A stretch of 50,039 nucleotides of DNA, from contig CAZQFS010000001.1 in assembly GCA_964592755.1 (NCBI GenBank), positions 41,731 to 91,769 on the forward strand. The letters are read 5' to 3'. Shown piece by piece: positions 34,602-45,007 of this stretch; position 1 is the stretch's first letter; each line of letters begins with the position of its first letter. Made by a program: the position numbers and the translations under genes. The notes beneath the pieces are model-generated. The model saw only the letters and a program-made list of their open reading frames with translations. It was not told the DNA's origin and did no database searches. Source of the stretch: an uncultured bacterium (lineage in GTDB: Bacteria > Hydrothermota > Tepidihabitantia > Tepidihabitantales > Tepidihabitantaceae).

Positions 34602-35984
34602 CTATCTTGTCGTCAATACAAGCGTTGTCCGCGACACGACCCGGGCGCATTCCATCACCAGGAAGTAGCTGCCCGGCGCGAGGCCACGGCGCTCAAACCT
34701 GAACAGGTTCTCTCCGACCCGGGCCGGTCCGCCAAACAGCTCGCGCGAAAGCCGGCCCGCAGCATCATATAGAGCGAGACGAGTCGCCCCTGATGCTGCG
34801 GTGCGGAAACTGATCCAGGCCCGGTCGCGCACCGGGTTGGGAAAGACCCTGAGTCCGGGCGCGACCGCTGCCGGCTTCGCCGTCTCGATTGCCTGTCCCG
34901 GGTCCTCACGGGTGTGGTAGACGTACTTGTCCCCGCCAGAACCATAGACCCCTTGCTCGAAGATTACGTGCGCCCGGTCACGCGAGTCAACGCAGACTTT
35001 GGGTCCGGCCAGGCGCACCGGGTCGGTCTGAATCACCGTGTCCGGCACCAGGGTCAGGACCGAATCCGGCACTGACCGGCCGCCAGCATCGAGGTCGCCG
35101 CGCAGCACCGTGTAGTATAGGTTGTGCGCGTCTGATGCCGCATCCACATAGACCACGCGGAGATTGCCGGCCGAGTCCACCGCGACGTTCGGGTCCCAGC
35201 GTTCGGTGCCCTGTGTGAAGACCGAGTTGTCCACTGCCACTGAGCCATCCGGCCTGAGTTTCAAGTAGCGTAGCTGCACCCCGTCTGTCCAGGTCCGGAA
35301 CACGAAGTGGACGCAGGTGTCGGGCGTGGCAACCACCCGGCAGTGCGACATCACACGGATAGTCTGGAGTGTATCAAAGGTCCAGCTCGTCCCGCCATCA
35401 GTCGAGAGTCCGTAGAGCAGCCGCTCCATGCCGTCCTCGGTCGTCAGATGGAGCCAGCCGCGCGGGTCGTGGGCCAGGCTGGTCCGGCCTGTCCACGGGT
35501 CGCCGCAGTGGAGAAACTGTCGCCAGACGAGCCGCTCGCCGTTCGGGCCGAGTCTGGTGAAGTAGACACTGTCATTACCCTGCGAGTTGGTCGTGAGCAC
35601 GCAGTTGGAATCGTCGGTGACGCCCGCATCCATGTGAAACACGCCGCCGAGATACATCCCCAGCAGCGGCTGGCCGATGTAGATGTTTCTGCCTTCGGCA
35701 TCCTGCACAATCGGCTGGTACTCGTAGCCGTGCCACGGGCGCCGCACCCGCATGGTGTCGCCGTCGGTGTTGAGCAAGTACAGGTCGTGCTCCGGGTCTG
35801 AGTTCGAGTAGTTGTAGCGCATTACTGCGCAGTAGAGCGTGTCGAGCCGGTCAACTGCCAGCCGCACGTTCAGCCACCAGTAATCCCAGCTCGGATAGCT
35901 GCCCACGAGCTTTCTCGGGGTCCAAAGACCCTGGCCGCAAGCCAGTGCCATCAGCAGGATGACCGGAATCGTGACTCGTTTCAT
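34602..35984 (-). CDS. Secreted beta-propeller/BNR-like protein with T9SS type A C-terminal sorting domain
   Basis: Signal peptide MKRVTIPVILLMALACG. C-terminal about 80 aa: LRVFPNPVRDRAWISF...LALYDAAGRLSREL...LAPGSYFLVM, typical of Por/T9SS tails. Confidence 0.7.
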   Translation of the reverse strand: MKRVTIPVILLMALACGQGLWTPRKLVGSYPSWDYWWLNVRLAVDRLDTLYCAVMRYNYSNSDPEHDLYLLNTDGDTMRVRRPWHGYEYQPIVQDAEGRNIYIGQPLLGMYLGGVFHMDAGVTDDSNCVLTTNSQGNDSVYFTRLGPNGERLVWRQFLHCGDPWTGRTSLAHDPRGWLHLTTEDGMERLLYGLSTDGGTSWTFDTLQTIRVMSHCRVVATPDTCVHFVFRTWTDGVQLRYLKLRPDGSVAVDNSVFTQGTERWDPNVAVDSAGNLRVVYVDAASDAHNLYYTVLRGDLDAGGRSVPDSVLTLVPDTVIQTDPVRLAGPKVCVDSRDRAHVIFEQGVYGSGGDKYVYHTREDPGQAIETAKPAAVAPGLRVFPNPVRDRAWISFRTAASGATRLALYDAAGRLSRELFGGPARVGENLFRFERRGLAPGSYFLVMECARVVSRTTLVLTTR

Positions 35985-36409
35985 GTCTCCTCCAGCTTCC
36001 GCCGGTTGACTTCACCCGAGGCCTGCTTTTCCAGGTCATAGAGCCTGAACCTCGCTGCCTTCATCTTGCGGCTCAGGTTCGGCTCGGTCACTTTCAGCAC
36101 CTCTTCCAGCACTCTGGCCGCTTCTTCTGCTCGCTTGAAGTTGGCGAGCAGGACATCCTCGAGGTTACGGCGTCGGGCCCGGTCGAACCGGTCGCCACGC
36201 CCGAGGTCAGACCTGCTGTTCCGGGCCGCCACGGCGCGTCGCCGGAGCGAGCGCGTGTCCGCGCTGACTTGGGTTCTCAGGCGGCGGATGCTCGCCAGCA
36301 GCCGCGGTCGCTCCAGGACGAGCCTGACCACGTCTTCCACCACCCTCAGTCCTTCGGTCAGCCGGTTCAGATTGACGTCAACGATACGATTGATGCGGCG
36401 TTCATCCAT
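35981..36409 (-). CDS. Hypothetical helical protein
   Basis: Start at internal ATG 36409 (MDERRINRIVDVNLNRLTEGLRVVEDV...). ATGA overlap with the downstream T9SS protein gene. No confident family call. Confidence 0.45.
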   Translation of the reverse strand: MDERRINRIVDVNLNRLTEGLRVVEDVVRLVLERPRLLASIRRLRTQVSADTRSLRRRAVAARNSRSDLGRGDRFDRARRRNLEDVLLANFKRAEEAARVLEEVLKVTEPNLSRKMKAARFRLYDLEKQASGEVNRRKLEET

Positions 36410-36496
36410 CACCTGCCAGCATAAGACCGCCCCGGTCCAAGTCAAGCCCGGCGCGGGACTTGACAGCAGGTCGGCAGGGGTTAGAGTGATATCACT

Positions 36497-37867
36497 ATGC
36501 GGCTATTCCTGTGGACACTCGCGCTGGGCGCGACGGCTTTCGGACAGACGGTGGAGACGCCGGTCAGCTTTGACGGGCAGGGCAGGGTATTCAGACTTTC
36601 ACCCGAAGCGAACCGGGCGGCGGGCGTGTTTCCTGACCTTGCGGACTTTGACCATGTGGAACTCTGGCGTTCCGACACGGCGGTCCTGGTCCAGGTCTAC
36701 CACCGCGACGGCACCCGTTCAGGCCGCACGCTCACCCCGGCCGACCTCGACGCGATTCGCATCCGGACGGACACCTATCTCTCCCTGCGTCCGGTCCGGC
36801 AGGTGCTCGACCAGGAAGGCCGGGGCCGGTTCCTCTTTGAGCAGCTTCCGATTGCGCTCGGCTGGTACGGCCCCTCCGTGCTCATAATCATCCAGCCCGA
36901 TGACTTACGCATAGCTTCAGGGGTGTACCTCTTGAGCAGCGCGGCAAGCTACTTCATCCCGATGGCCTACACTGCCGGCGCCCGGGTCACCAATGCCCAG
37001 GCACACCTGAGCGTCTCATTCGGCTACCGCGGCATCCTGGCCGGTTTCCTCTTGAGCGACCTGCTCCAGGTTCACGACGAAACCCCCAGGTGGAACGCTA
37101 TGTTCATGCTCGGCACAAGCATCGGCGGTCAGGTTGCGGGCCGTATCCTCGCCGACAGGTTCTCGCTGGGTCAGGCCACGCTGGTGACAAACTACACCGA
37201 CCTCGGCACCATGGGCGGTGCTTTGACCGGCGTGATAGTCGAGAATACGCTGCTCCGGGACCAGTTCAATTCTACGCCGCTTTCGGCTCTTACCCTGGCC
37301 GGCATGGCCGCCGGCATTGTTGCCGGCAACGCTCGTGCCCAGAGGTGGAACTGCACCGAAGGCCAGGTCATCGTGGACCGCACCGGCGGGCTTCTGGGTG
37401 CGGCGGTTGCTCCGGCGCTCTACTATGTGGCGACCGGCGCTCAATTGTTCCACCGGGACGGCGGCGCAGACCTTGAAGTGCTCTCTGCCCTGGCAATCGG
37501 CGGGGCAGTGGCCGGGACCTGGTGGACCGAGACGCGGCTCCACGACCTGCCGCTCAGCATCAGCAGCGGCTACATCGTCGCGGGCACGACCATTGCCGGC
37601 GGGCTGGTCGGCGCCGGGCTGGGGTTCATGTTCAATACCTCAAACCCCGAAGAGCGCATGGTTGTCGCAACCACGGCCGCCGGTGGCGTGGCCGGCTTTC
37701 TGGGTGGACTCAGGCTGGCTCAGAGCCTGGAGCCTGCGGCGAGCACCCGGGCCGAGCGGGCCCGGTTCCGGCTCGAGCTGAACCACGCCGCACTGGCCGG
37801 GGCAGTGGCCGAGTACGCCGGCCGACGCACTTTCAAAGCGCCGAACCTCGTAACGGTCGGGTTCTAG
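36497..37867 (+). CDS. Membrane protein with signal peptide and Gly/Ala-rich TM region (function unknown)
   Basis: MRLFLWTLALGATAFG signal. N-terminal soluble part, then many hydrophobic G/A-rich segments. Confidence 0.55.
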   Translation: MRLFLWTLALGATAFGQTVETPVSFDGQGRVFRLSPEANRAAGVFPDLADFDHVELWRSDTAVLVQVYHRDGTRSGRTLTPADLDAIRIRTDTYLSLRPVRQVLDQEGRGRFLFEQLPIALGWYGPSVLIIIQPDDLRIASGVYLLSSAASYFIPMAYTAGARVTNAQAHLSVSFGYRGILAGFLLSDLLQVHDETPRWNAMFMLGTSIGGQVAGRILADRFSLGQATLVTNYTDLGTMGGALTGVIVENTLLRDQFNSTPLSALTLAGMAAGIVAGNARAQRWNCTEGQVIVDRTGGLLGAAVAPALYYVATGAQLFHRDGGADLEVLSALAIGGAVAGTWWTETRLHDLPLSISSGYIVAGTTIAGGLVGAGLGFMFNTSNPEERMVVATTAAGGVAGFLGGLRLAQSLEPAASTRAERARFRLELNHAALAGAVAEYAGRRTFKAPNLVTVGF

Positions 37868-37978
37868 TGCACGCTGGCCGCCGGTTACCGTTCGGGAATA
37901 CGAGCGGGGCATTGATACAGCCCGAGCCGCGACGAGCACGGTCGGCGAATCACCGTTGAACAATACCGGGAGTGCACG

Positions 37979-40492
37979 ATGAACTGCTTCTTCCTTCTGC
38001 TTCTTGCTCAGGTTCCCGCGTCGGTACCGGTTCCCTACTATGACCCCCTGGGGCGTCAACCCTCTGCCTACGAGGAGTACGCCGCCAGTCTGACCGATGC
38101 GCCGTATGAGGCCGGTGTGCGGCAGCGATTTACGTCCGGCAAAGACACGCGGCTGGTGCTAATCCTCGTCAATGCCGAGTTGTACCCGGCCATCGAGGAC
38201 GAGCTTTCGCACTACCTCGACGATGTGGGCGCGTCCGGCTTCGATACCAAGCTCATGACCGTATCCGGCGGTCGGCCCGCGAATCTGCGCGCAACCCTGC
38301 AGGCCCACCGTGATTCCGGCCTCGTCGCCGGTGTGATGGTCGGGGACCTGCCGGTGGCGTGGTGGGAGGACAGCGAGTACGGCGAGGACTATCCCATAGA
38401 CCTCTTCTTCTCCGACCTCGACGGCACGTTCGCCGACGCTGACGGCGACGGCAAGTACGACCGCCATTCGGGCAGCACCGCGCCCGACATCCAGCTCGGC
38501 CGCATCTACGCGTCGCGGTTCACCTACGGCGCCGAGGACGCTCTCATCCGCTCATACTTCCAGCGCAACCACGCGTACCGCACCGGGCAGTTGACCCTGC
38601 CGCGGCGGGCCCTGGCCTACAACGAGGTCGACTGGTACCCGAACGACCACGGCCTGGGCAGCCTCTACTCCGACGTAACCGTGTTCAATGACCAGAACAC
38701 GACCACGGCGCACCACTACCGGAGTCAACTGGCGCACGGCTACGAGTTCACCCACGTCATCGCCCATTCATCACCGTGGGTCCACTCTTTCTTCCTCGCG
38801 AACGACGAGTTTGGGGCCGGCTCGATGTTCAACTTCGAAGTCCCGGCGCTCTGCCCCCGGGCGGCATTCTACTTCATCAACGGGTGCATGAGCGGCCGGT
38901 TCACTGAGCGCGACAACCTCGGCAACTGGTACCTTTTTGCCCAGCCATGGGCGCTCGAAGTGATGGCCTCGAGCCAGTTGATGTACGGCGTGAACAGCCT
39001 GGCCACGGTTTACCAGGCTTTGGCCCGGGACTCGACCTTTGGCGCGGCCTTCCTCGCCTGGCACCGCACCAACTACGCAAGCTTCCGGGGCACGTGCCTT
39101 CTGGGCGACCCGACCCTCAAGGTGGACCGCTCAGCTCCGCAGGCTGCGCGAGTCAGACTGCCCCACTATACCGAGCCGGTGCTGGCCGACTGGAACACCT
39201 GCGAAGTCGAGAGTTCGAACTTCGTCAACGGCCATCCTGTTATCGGCTTCTCCCAGGGCAGACTCAGGATTGTGTTCGACTCCGGCCGCCGGGTGCGGTC
39301 CGATACTTACCTCTCGTCGTTCGACGGGGCTCGATTCACCTCGCCTGAGTCGGTGGCCTGGCACGAGTACTACGACCTGTTCCCGGCCTGCGCGACCGAT
39401 GCCGTGGGCCGGTTCTGGGTTGCGTGGCAGAGCTTCCGGGACTACTCAAGCTACGAGCACTTCCAGGTCTTCAGCGCGCGGTACTACAACGGGCAGTGGT
39501 CGTCGGTCAGCCGGGTCGGGCCCCAGGCCGGTTACCACGACGTGCAGCCGGACCTTGCCTCGGGTACGGATACCATGGTCTGGTGCGCGTTCAAGTCCTG
39601 GCGCAACGGCCAGGCCGACATCTGGGTCTCGAATGCGTACAACGCCGGCGCGTGGGCTGCGCCGGTACGCCTGACTGCCGACTCGCTCGACCAGGTTGAC
39701 CCGTGCGTCGTCGTCGACCGCGGGAACCATCCCTGGGTCTTCTGGACATCGCTCTCCCACGGCCACTGGGAACTGCACGGCCGCAGGAACGACGGCGGCT
39801 GGCTGCCGGTCTTTGTGCTCGACTCGTCCGGCAACAACAGCTCGCCGCGCGCCGCGGTCGACCAGGAAAACCGTCTCTGGGTCGTATGGCACAAGTGGCA
39901 GGGTGCGCAGTCCGACGTCTGGTACGCCTGCTACGACTCGGCCTGGTCCGTGCCCGCGCCCCTGACCTCAAGCCCGTGCGACGACATCCTGCCCGACATC
40001 GCGGCCGCGTCCGACGGCACGGTCTGGGCCTGCTGGCAGTCGCGCGCGACCGGGCACTGGGACATCGTCACTTCGCGCTACCTGGACGGCTGGAGCGAGC
40101 CTGAGCCGCTGGTCGCGGACTCGGCGAACGACTACGACCCGGTCATTAGCAGCGATTCTGGCGGCATCTGGGTGGCGTGGGCATCTGACCGACGCGGCTA
40201 CTGGAACATCCGGGCCGCGCGCAACTCGCTGACCGGCGTGCAGGGTCCTGAACGCAGCGGCCCGTTCGTGGTACGTGCGGCGCCCAACCCGTTCCGCGAC
40301 CGGACGCGGCTCTCAGGCCCGAGCGTATTCTCGGTCGATGTCTTCGGTGTTGACGGCCGCAGAGTGGCCCGGCTCGACAGCAGGAACGGCGAGGCTGCTT
40401 GGTCGCCGGCAGGCCTTGCCCCGGGTGTCTATGTAGCGCATGTCGCCGCGCCGGGGACGAACTCGACCATCCGGCTCATCCGGGCAAGATAG
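37979..40492 (+). CDS. Large secreted protein with T9SS C-terminal sorting domain (N-terminal C25/gingipain-like region possible, then repeated W-rich propeller-like units)
   Basis: Signal-like N-terminus. LVLILVNAELYPAIEDEL...DLFFSDLDGTFADADGDGKYD. Repeated units of the type VWxAWQS/VWVVWHK/IWVAWASDR. C-terminal AAPNPFRDRTRLS...VDVFGVDGRRVARL...LAPGVYVAHV. Confidence 0.7.
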   Translation: MNCFFLLLLAQVPASVPVPYYDPLGRQPSAYEEYAASLTDAPYEAGVRQRFTSGKDTRLVLILVNAELYPAIEDELSHYLDDVGASGFDTKLMTVSGGRPANLRATLQAHRDSGLVAGVMVGDLPVAWWEDSEYGEDYPIDLFFSDLDGTFADADGDGKYDRHSGSTAPDIQLGRIYASRFTYGAEDALIRSYFQRNHAYRTGQLTLPRRALAYNEVDWYPNDHGLGSLYSDVTVFNDQNTTTAHHYRSQLAHGYEFTHVIAHSSPWVHSFFLANDEFGAGSMFNFEVPALCPRAAFYFINGCMSGRFTERDNLGNWYLFAQPWALEVMASSQLMYGVNSLATVYQALARDSTFGAAFLAWHRTNYASFRGTCLLGDPTLKVDRSAPQAARVRLPHYTEPVLADWNTCEVESSNFVNGHPVIGFSQGRLRIVFDSGRRVRSDTYLSSFDGARFTSPESVAWHEYYDLFPACATDAVGRFWVAWQSFRDYSSYEHFQVFSARYYNGQWSSVSRVGPQAGYHDVQPDLASGTDTMVWCAFKSWRNGQADIWVSNAYNAGAWAAPVRLTADSLDQVDPCVVVDRGNHPWVFWTSLSHGHWELHGRRNDGGWLPVFVLDSSGNNSSPRAAVDQENRLWVVWHKWQGAQSDVWYACYDSAWSVPAPLTSSPCDDILPDIAAASDGTVWACWQSRATGHWDIVTSRYLDGWSEPEPLVADSANDYDPVISSDSGGIWVAWASDRRGYWNIRAARNSLTGVQGPERSGPFVVRAAPNPFRDRTRLSGPSVFSVDVFGVDGRRVARLDSRNGEAAWSPAGLAPGVYVAHVAAPGTNSTIRLIRAR

Positions 40493-40623
40493 CAGCCTGA
40501 CCCGGCGCCACGGCCATGGCGGAATCGGATGGCCGCACTACGCGGCTGTGCTCTGTCTTGTTCGCGTCGTGGTCTGTGCAGCAGCGGCTCAGCCGCGGAA
40601 GAACTCAATGAGCGGGTAAGGTG

Positions 40624-42459
40624 CTAACCCGCGCCCGAACTGCCGCCGCCACCGCCGCCACCACCGCCGCCAGAGAAACCGCCACCCGACGATGACGCGG
40701 TGGAGAACGACTGCATCATACTGCCCAGGTTGGCGGCAAAGCTCTGAAACCCCGCCATGCTGGAGGCGAATGACGACAGGCCCGCGCCGTGACCCGTGCC
40801 GGCACCGAAGTACCAGACCGGCATTGCCAGGGCCGCACCCTGTCTTTCGGCCAGTTGGCCCACATGCCGGAGAAACTCGTCGGCCACGCCCAGCGCCACG
40901 GCGTAGACGTAGTACTGCTCCCAGATGGCGAGCAGCTTGACCGGCGCCTGCTCGATGGCCGAGAAGTCGGTGAGGAACTTTCTGAACTTGTGCCAGCGCT
41001 TGTGCTCAAGATACGCGGTCGGGTGCCAGCGTCGAATCGTGCGGCCCGCAAGGATAAAGACCGCAAAGGCCGCGCCGGCAATGACGAATCCAAACGGCAG
41101 TGAGCCGCGTCCCGGCCCGCCCGCGATTGCCTGCACGCCAAGACCAAGGAAGAACCCACCTAACACAGCGCATACCAGGGCTGCCGCGACGAAGATGCGG
41201 TAAGCCCATCGGCTGGCTTGCTCAGTGAACTCCGTGCCCAGTTGCGCCACCCACCACTCCTTGCCCTGCCGGACCAAGTCAGGAATCATGGCCCGTACCT
41301 CGGTCGAGTGGTTCGTACCGTACTGCTTAAGCATCTTCTCGTCGAATCGGTCCCTGCCGGCCCCGACCCGTTTGAAGAAGAAGTCAACCACTGTCTGGTC
41401 CAGAGGGGTGACTCCGGGCCCAAGCCCGGGCTTGTCCAGCCGGAACTCGTAGCGCGTCTTCCGTCCCTCCTTTACCTCGTGTACCGAGACCATACCTTTG
41501 CGCGCGAGTTCGAGCAGGGTCGCCATCATGGCCTGGAAGACAGGCTGGGTCAGGCCGCTTTCCTCCGGGTTCTGGTGCATGATGACCGGGACCGTCACCG
41601 GCGGCGCCGAGCGCGGCGGCTCGTGTTCGTAGATTGCCTGGTAGTCGAGCTTCGGCTCGCGCCCGTACCGGAAGTAGAACACGAGCAGCAGGGCCAGCGG
41701 CACGAACACGGCGAGCACGAACCCGAGCGGGATGAACACGTACTTCCGCACCCCGGACATGACGAAGTTCCGCTTCTCCTGGGCAAGGATGGCCGCGTAA
41801 CGCCGCACCGGAATCAGGGACGCCTGCTGGTACAGGCCCGGCGCTGACAGCACCCGCACTTCAACGAAGGCGTTGCGCGGGATGCCGCTCTGCCACACCG
41901 ATGCCTGGTCCATCGCATCCGAGAAAGAGAGCGTGCCGGGCCGTGCTGCCGAGTGCACATAGACCTTGAACAGCTCCGACGACGGTCCAGGCAGGTGCAG
42001 CTCTACTGCAATCTCCTGCATCGGCTCGTGCTCGTCTTCGACTACTTTCCAGTAGAACTCGGCCACGTCCGTGTAGCGCCGGACCGCGCCGATAACGGTG
42101 TAGTCGAGCAGGAATGTGCGTTCCTCGTCCTGGGCTGAGTAGCCCCACTTGATGTACAGCGACCGGTCGGTGCTGGTCAGTTCGAGCGGCTTGAGCTCTT
42201 GCCAGCCTGCCGGTGTCTGCTCGGCCAGCCGGTTGAATACGATGTCGTCCGCGCCCTGCTTCTTCAGGTCAACGAACGCCCAGGAGAATGAACCATCGAA
42301 ATAGTAGGTACGTTCCTGGACAACCCGCGCGTTGCCGTCCGGCTGCAGCCATACCTCGGTTCTCACCATGGGGTAGTGATAAGACTTCGCGATGACCGGC
42401 GAGAAGACGAGCGCCGGCAGAACCAGGAGGAAGTGAAACCTTGTGTGTCTACTGCTCAC
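40624..42459 (-). CDS. DUF2207-like membrane protein with poly-Gly C-terminus
   Basis: Signal/TM, then a beta-rich extracellular domain (YHYPMVRTEVWLQPDGNARVVQERTYYFDGSFSWAF), central TM helices, and C-terminal SSSGGGFSGGGGGGGGGGSSGAG, typical of DUF2207. Start taken at GTG 42459 (AAGGGAG upstream) rather than the listed 42540. Confidence 0.7.
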   Translation of the reverse strand: MSSRHTRFHFLLVLPALVFSPVIAKSYHYPMVRTEVWLQPDGNARVVQERTYYFDGSFSWAFVDLKKQGADDIVFNRLAEQTPAGWQELKPLELTSTDRSLYIKWGYSAQDEERTFLLDYTVIGAVRRYTDVAEFYWKVVEDEHEPMQEIAVELHLPGPSSELFKVYVHSAARPGTLSFSDAMDQASVWQSGIPRNAFVEVRVLSAPGLYQQASLIPVRRYAAILAQEKRNFVMSGVRKYVFIPLGFVLAVFVPLALLLVFYFRYGREPKLDYQAIYEHEPPRSAPPVTVPVIMHQNPEESGLTQPVFQAMMATLLELARKGMVSVHEVKEGRKTRYEFRLDKPGLGPGVTPLDQTVVDFFFKRVGAGRDRFDEKMLKQYGTNHSTEVRAMIPDLVRQGKEWWVAQLGTEFTEQASRWAYRIFVAAALVCAVLGGFFLGLGVQAIAGGPGRGSLPFGFVIAGAAFAVFILAGRTIRRWHPTAYLEHKRWHKFRKFLTDFSAIEQAPVKLLAIWEQYYVYAVALGVADEFLRHVGQLAERQGAALAMPVWYFGAGTGHGAGLSSFASSMAGFQSFAANLGSMMQSFSTASSSGGGFSGGGGGGGGGGSSGAG

Positions 42460-42689
42460 CGAAAACTCCCTTGTCTTGCGAAGCGGGGACCGGATTCTGA
42501 ATGGCGTCGGTACAGGGCATACGTCAGTACCCAAAGTCAATACCCAGGCCGGCTGAGTTGCAGCACAGGTTGAGCCCGGCAGACACGGTGTCTATCTCGT
42601 CTCTGCTGAAGCCGGGCGGAGTTCGGGATCCACGCAAGATTCTGTACGGCTTTGAACCCGAAGTCAAGTCGGCGCGGCGGAATCGCCGC

Positions 42690-43694
42690 TCAGCCGCGAT
42701 TCGGAACCCCTCGACGGAGACGACTCAGTTCGCGAGCGAGTTGTCTAAGCAGGGCAGGGTTCTCGACCTTCCTGCGCCAGTCGGCAGGGATGGCCTTGAT
42801 GCCCAGCGCCGTGCCGAGGATTGCGCCTGTGATGGAGCCGGTGGAGTCGCTGTCGCCGTCGCGGTTGACCGCGGCGAGCACGGCCGCCCTCCAGTCGTCC
42901 TTGTACCTGAGCGCATAGCAGAGCGACACGGCCAGCGCTTCTTCTCCGACCCACGCCTCGCCGAGAAGGGCATTCTCGTCCGGCCTCGGCTTGCCGGCGA
43001 GTTGTACCGCCTGTTCGACCTTCGCAAGTGTCTCTTCGTGACCGGGGTACCTGACCAGGGAACTCCTGGCCGACGCGATGGCGGTATAGAGTTCCTCTCC
43101 GTCGTGCAAGGCTGCAATCAGCTCAGCCAGGAACCCGGCCGGAAGGTAGCCCGAAGGATGGCCATGAGTGATGGCCGCGCAGTCAACGCCAACCTGGAAG
43201 GCGACGCCGGCAGGAAAGAGCAGCCCGACCGGCGCGGTCCGCATCACGCCGCCGCAGCCTTTGCTGCTGTTGATGGGGTTTGCCGTGGTGCCTGTCCGGC
43301 CGGAGCGGAGTGCGCTGAGGCAGGACGTGCCCGGTGCCCGGCGTTGGCTGGGGTCGTCCTGCGTTCCGAGCCACGCCACGTACTCCTGGTACACCAGTGC
43401 GGCAACGTGGCTGGATGCCGCTGTGCCAAACTCGCAAACCGCACGGATGCAGCCCCGGGCCGTGGCCAGCGTCATCTGCGTATCGTCGGTGTAGAGTCCG
43501 GGCGCACCGTAGATGCTCCCGACCAAGTCGGTTACCCCGGCCGGGCCGTATTCAGCGTGGATTGCGGCCAGCGACGAGAACTCCACCGGAGCACCCAGCG
43601 CATCTCCGACCGCAGCTCCAAAGACGCAGCCGAGGGCGCGCGATGGGCGCGGAATCACGGGATTTCGGGGGCGGTGGGGCTGTTGAGAAACCAC
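42690..43694 (-). CDS. ADP-ribosylglycohydrolase family protein (DraG/ARH-like)
   Basis: ALGCVFGAAVGDALGAPVEF near the N-terminus and GDSDSTGSITGAILGTALG near the C-terminus (the metal-binding motifs of the family). Confidence 0.8.
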   Translation of the reverse strand: MVSQQPHRPRNPVIPRPSRALGCVFGAAVGDALGAPVEFSSLAAIHAEYGPAGVTDLVGSIYGAPGLYTDDTQMTLATARGCIRAVCEFGTAASSHVAALVYQEYVAWLGTQDDPSQRRAPGTSCLSALRSGRTGTTANPINSSKGCGGVMRTAPVGLLFPAGVAFQVGVDCAAITHGHPSGYLPAGFLAELIAALHDGEELYTAIASARSSLVRYPGHEETLAKVEQAVQLAGKPRPDENALLGEAWVGEEALAVSLCYALRYKDDWRAAVLAAVNRDGDSDSTGSITGAILGTALGIKAIPADWRRKVENPALLRQLARELSRLRRGVPNRG

Positions 43695-44580
43695 GAAGGT
43701 ATCGGCCTGAACGAAGTGAAGGGTCTGAGGGACGCTTCCTGTGTTTCCAAGTGTTGTCAGGTCAATGCCTCTTGATGCTTACCTGTTCTTTCTGTTCCGC
43801 GTCAAGGGCAGGGCAGAGTCAACGGGTCTGGTCCGTTCCAGCACAGCCGAATGGTAGCAGCCGGCGAATGTGAGTCAAGGTCGTCTGCTCTGCGGATGAT
43901 TCCGGCGACACCTTGCTTATCTCATCTTCGTCAAGCTTGGGCTGGCCTCAGTCCGCATCGCGGGGAGGTTTGCCGGCGGCTTTCGGCCAACGGCTGACGG
44001 CCCTGGCTGGAACCGGATTTGAGACTCGGTTACCGTCAGAGATCGCCATGTGGGTGGGCGGTGCGTGTCGAGCAGCAGCGCGCGTTGTCAGGCGCGGTCT
44101 CGGGCAGACGCCCGCAGCGTTCTGCTTGCGCCCGGATTCCGGCCTGCCCTTGCGCCTGGCTTCGAACCTGCCGCGGGAACTGGAAACCGCACTGCTGCCA
44201 GACCTGCTCATCGACCCGCTGTCGGCCGCGCCTCGGAAACCGGCGTCGGAGCCGTTGACGCACACGCTGGTCGAACTGCTGCTGCTCCTGGCAGCAGAGA
44301 CGCCTTTCGCACCAACTTCTGGCCCACATTCGTACCCGGTGGGGGGAGTGGCTCCCGGAGTCGCTCCCCTGAGCACTCTCCGCGGCAGTTCCTGGGGTTC
44401 GATTGCAGGGTAAGTTACCACTAGTACGAAAGTTATAGCTTCCAGTCAGGCTCTCAGTGGTTTCGCCGGAGTGATGCCTAGTCGTTATGTGGGATGACTC
44501 AGCAGGCCTTGAGCCTGTTGCGGAGGTCGGACGCGCTCTGCGGGTCTTTCGTGCCTGTCCGACTCTCACCTCAGCCCTGC

Positions 44581-44699
44581 CGCGCCGGCCACGACGATGA
44601 CATCTCCGGTCATGCCGCCCATATTGGAACCATGCCAAGCCCGCCCGCAGACGCCGAAGCCGCAAGCCGTGAACCGCTGAGAATCAACGCGCCCGCGCC
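44581..44699 (+). repeat. Copy 1 of a 113-bp-period repeat (blocks A-B plus the start of A)
   Basis: Block A is 44581-44638. Block B includes the 37-nt core gacgccgaagccgcaagccgtgaaccgctgagaatca (44650-44686). The A-start cgcgcc recurs at 44694, giving a period of 113 nt. Confidence 0.7.
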
Positions 44700-44954
44700 A
44701 CTGGACCACTTTGCCAGTAGAGCATGCTTCCGCCTCCTTCTTGACACCGGCCCGAACTCGCCTGTCCTGATTCCCGATTCCCGATGGCAAGCGTCCCTGA
44801 CGCTGCCGCTGACCGGGTCGAGCGGTTCCGCCATGACCGCCGGGTCTTCCTGACTCGGGACATGACCGGATTCGGCCCGGCGACGGGCCGTGTCCCGAAG
44901 CATGGAGGTCGTAGAAAAGGCCTCAGGAAGTCCGGTAAGAACACCTGCCTGCGT

Positions 44955-44983
44955 TTGATTTGGTGGCGAAAAGGGGCTATACT
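44955..44983 (+). promoter_or_regulatory. Candidate vapBC promoter TTGATT-17nt-TATACT
   Basis: -35 at 44955-44960, -10 at 44978-44983. SD GAGGTG lies 5 nt before ATG 45008. Confidence 0.4.
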
Positions 44984-45007
44984 GACCCAGCAAACGCGAG
45001 GTGAAAT

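Noticed and set aside
40624-40695. GCC/GCCACC-rich simple-sequence tract.
   Set aside because: It is the coding sequence of the poly-Gly C-terminal tail typical of DUF2207-family proteins (minus strand). It is not an independent microsatellite or regulatory repeat.
42690-43694. ADP-ribosylglycohydrolase as a functional partner of the TIR NADase system.
   Set aside because: It lies on the opposite strand, more than 32 kb from the SPARTA genes, and is separated from them by housekeeping operons. The association is not supportable from this window.
44385-44410. tRNA-like T-loop string (ggggttcgattgcaggg). A second ggttcgaa-like string on the minus strand near 44150-44175 was also checked.
   Set aside because: No 5-bp T-stem, acceptor stem or anticodon arm can be built around either. 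No cloverleaf was found on either strand.
43913-44421. ORFs 43913-44413(+) and 43948-44421(-) as genes.
   Set aside because: They are mutually overlapping on opposite strands, with no SD and no recognisable motif, and they have low-complexity Ala/Arg/Ser/Pro composition. The region is left unannotated.
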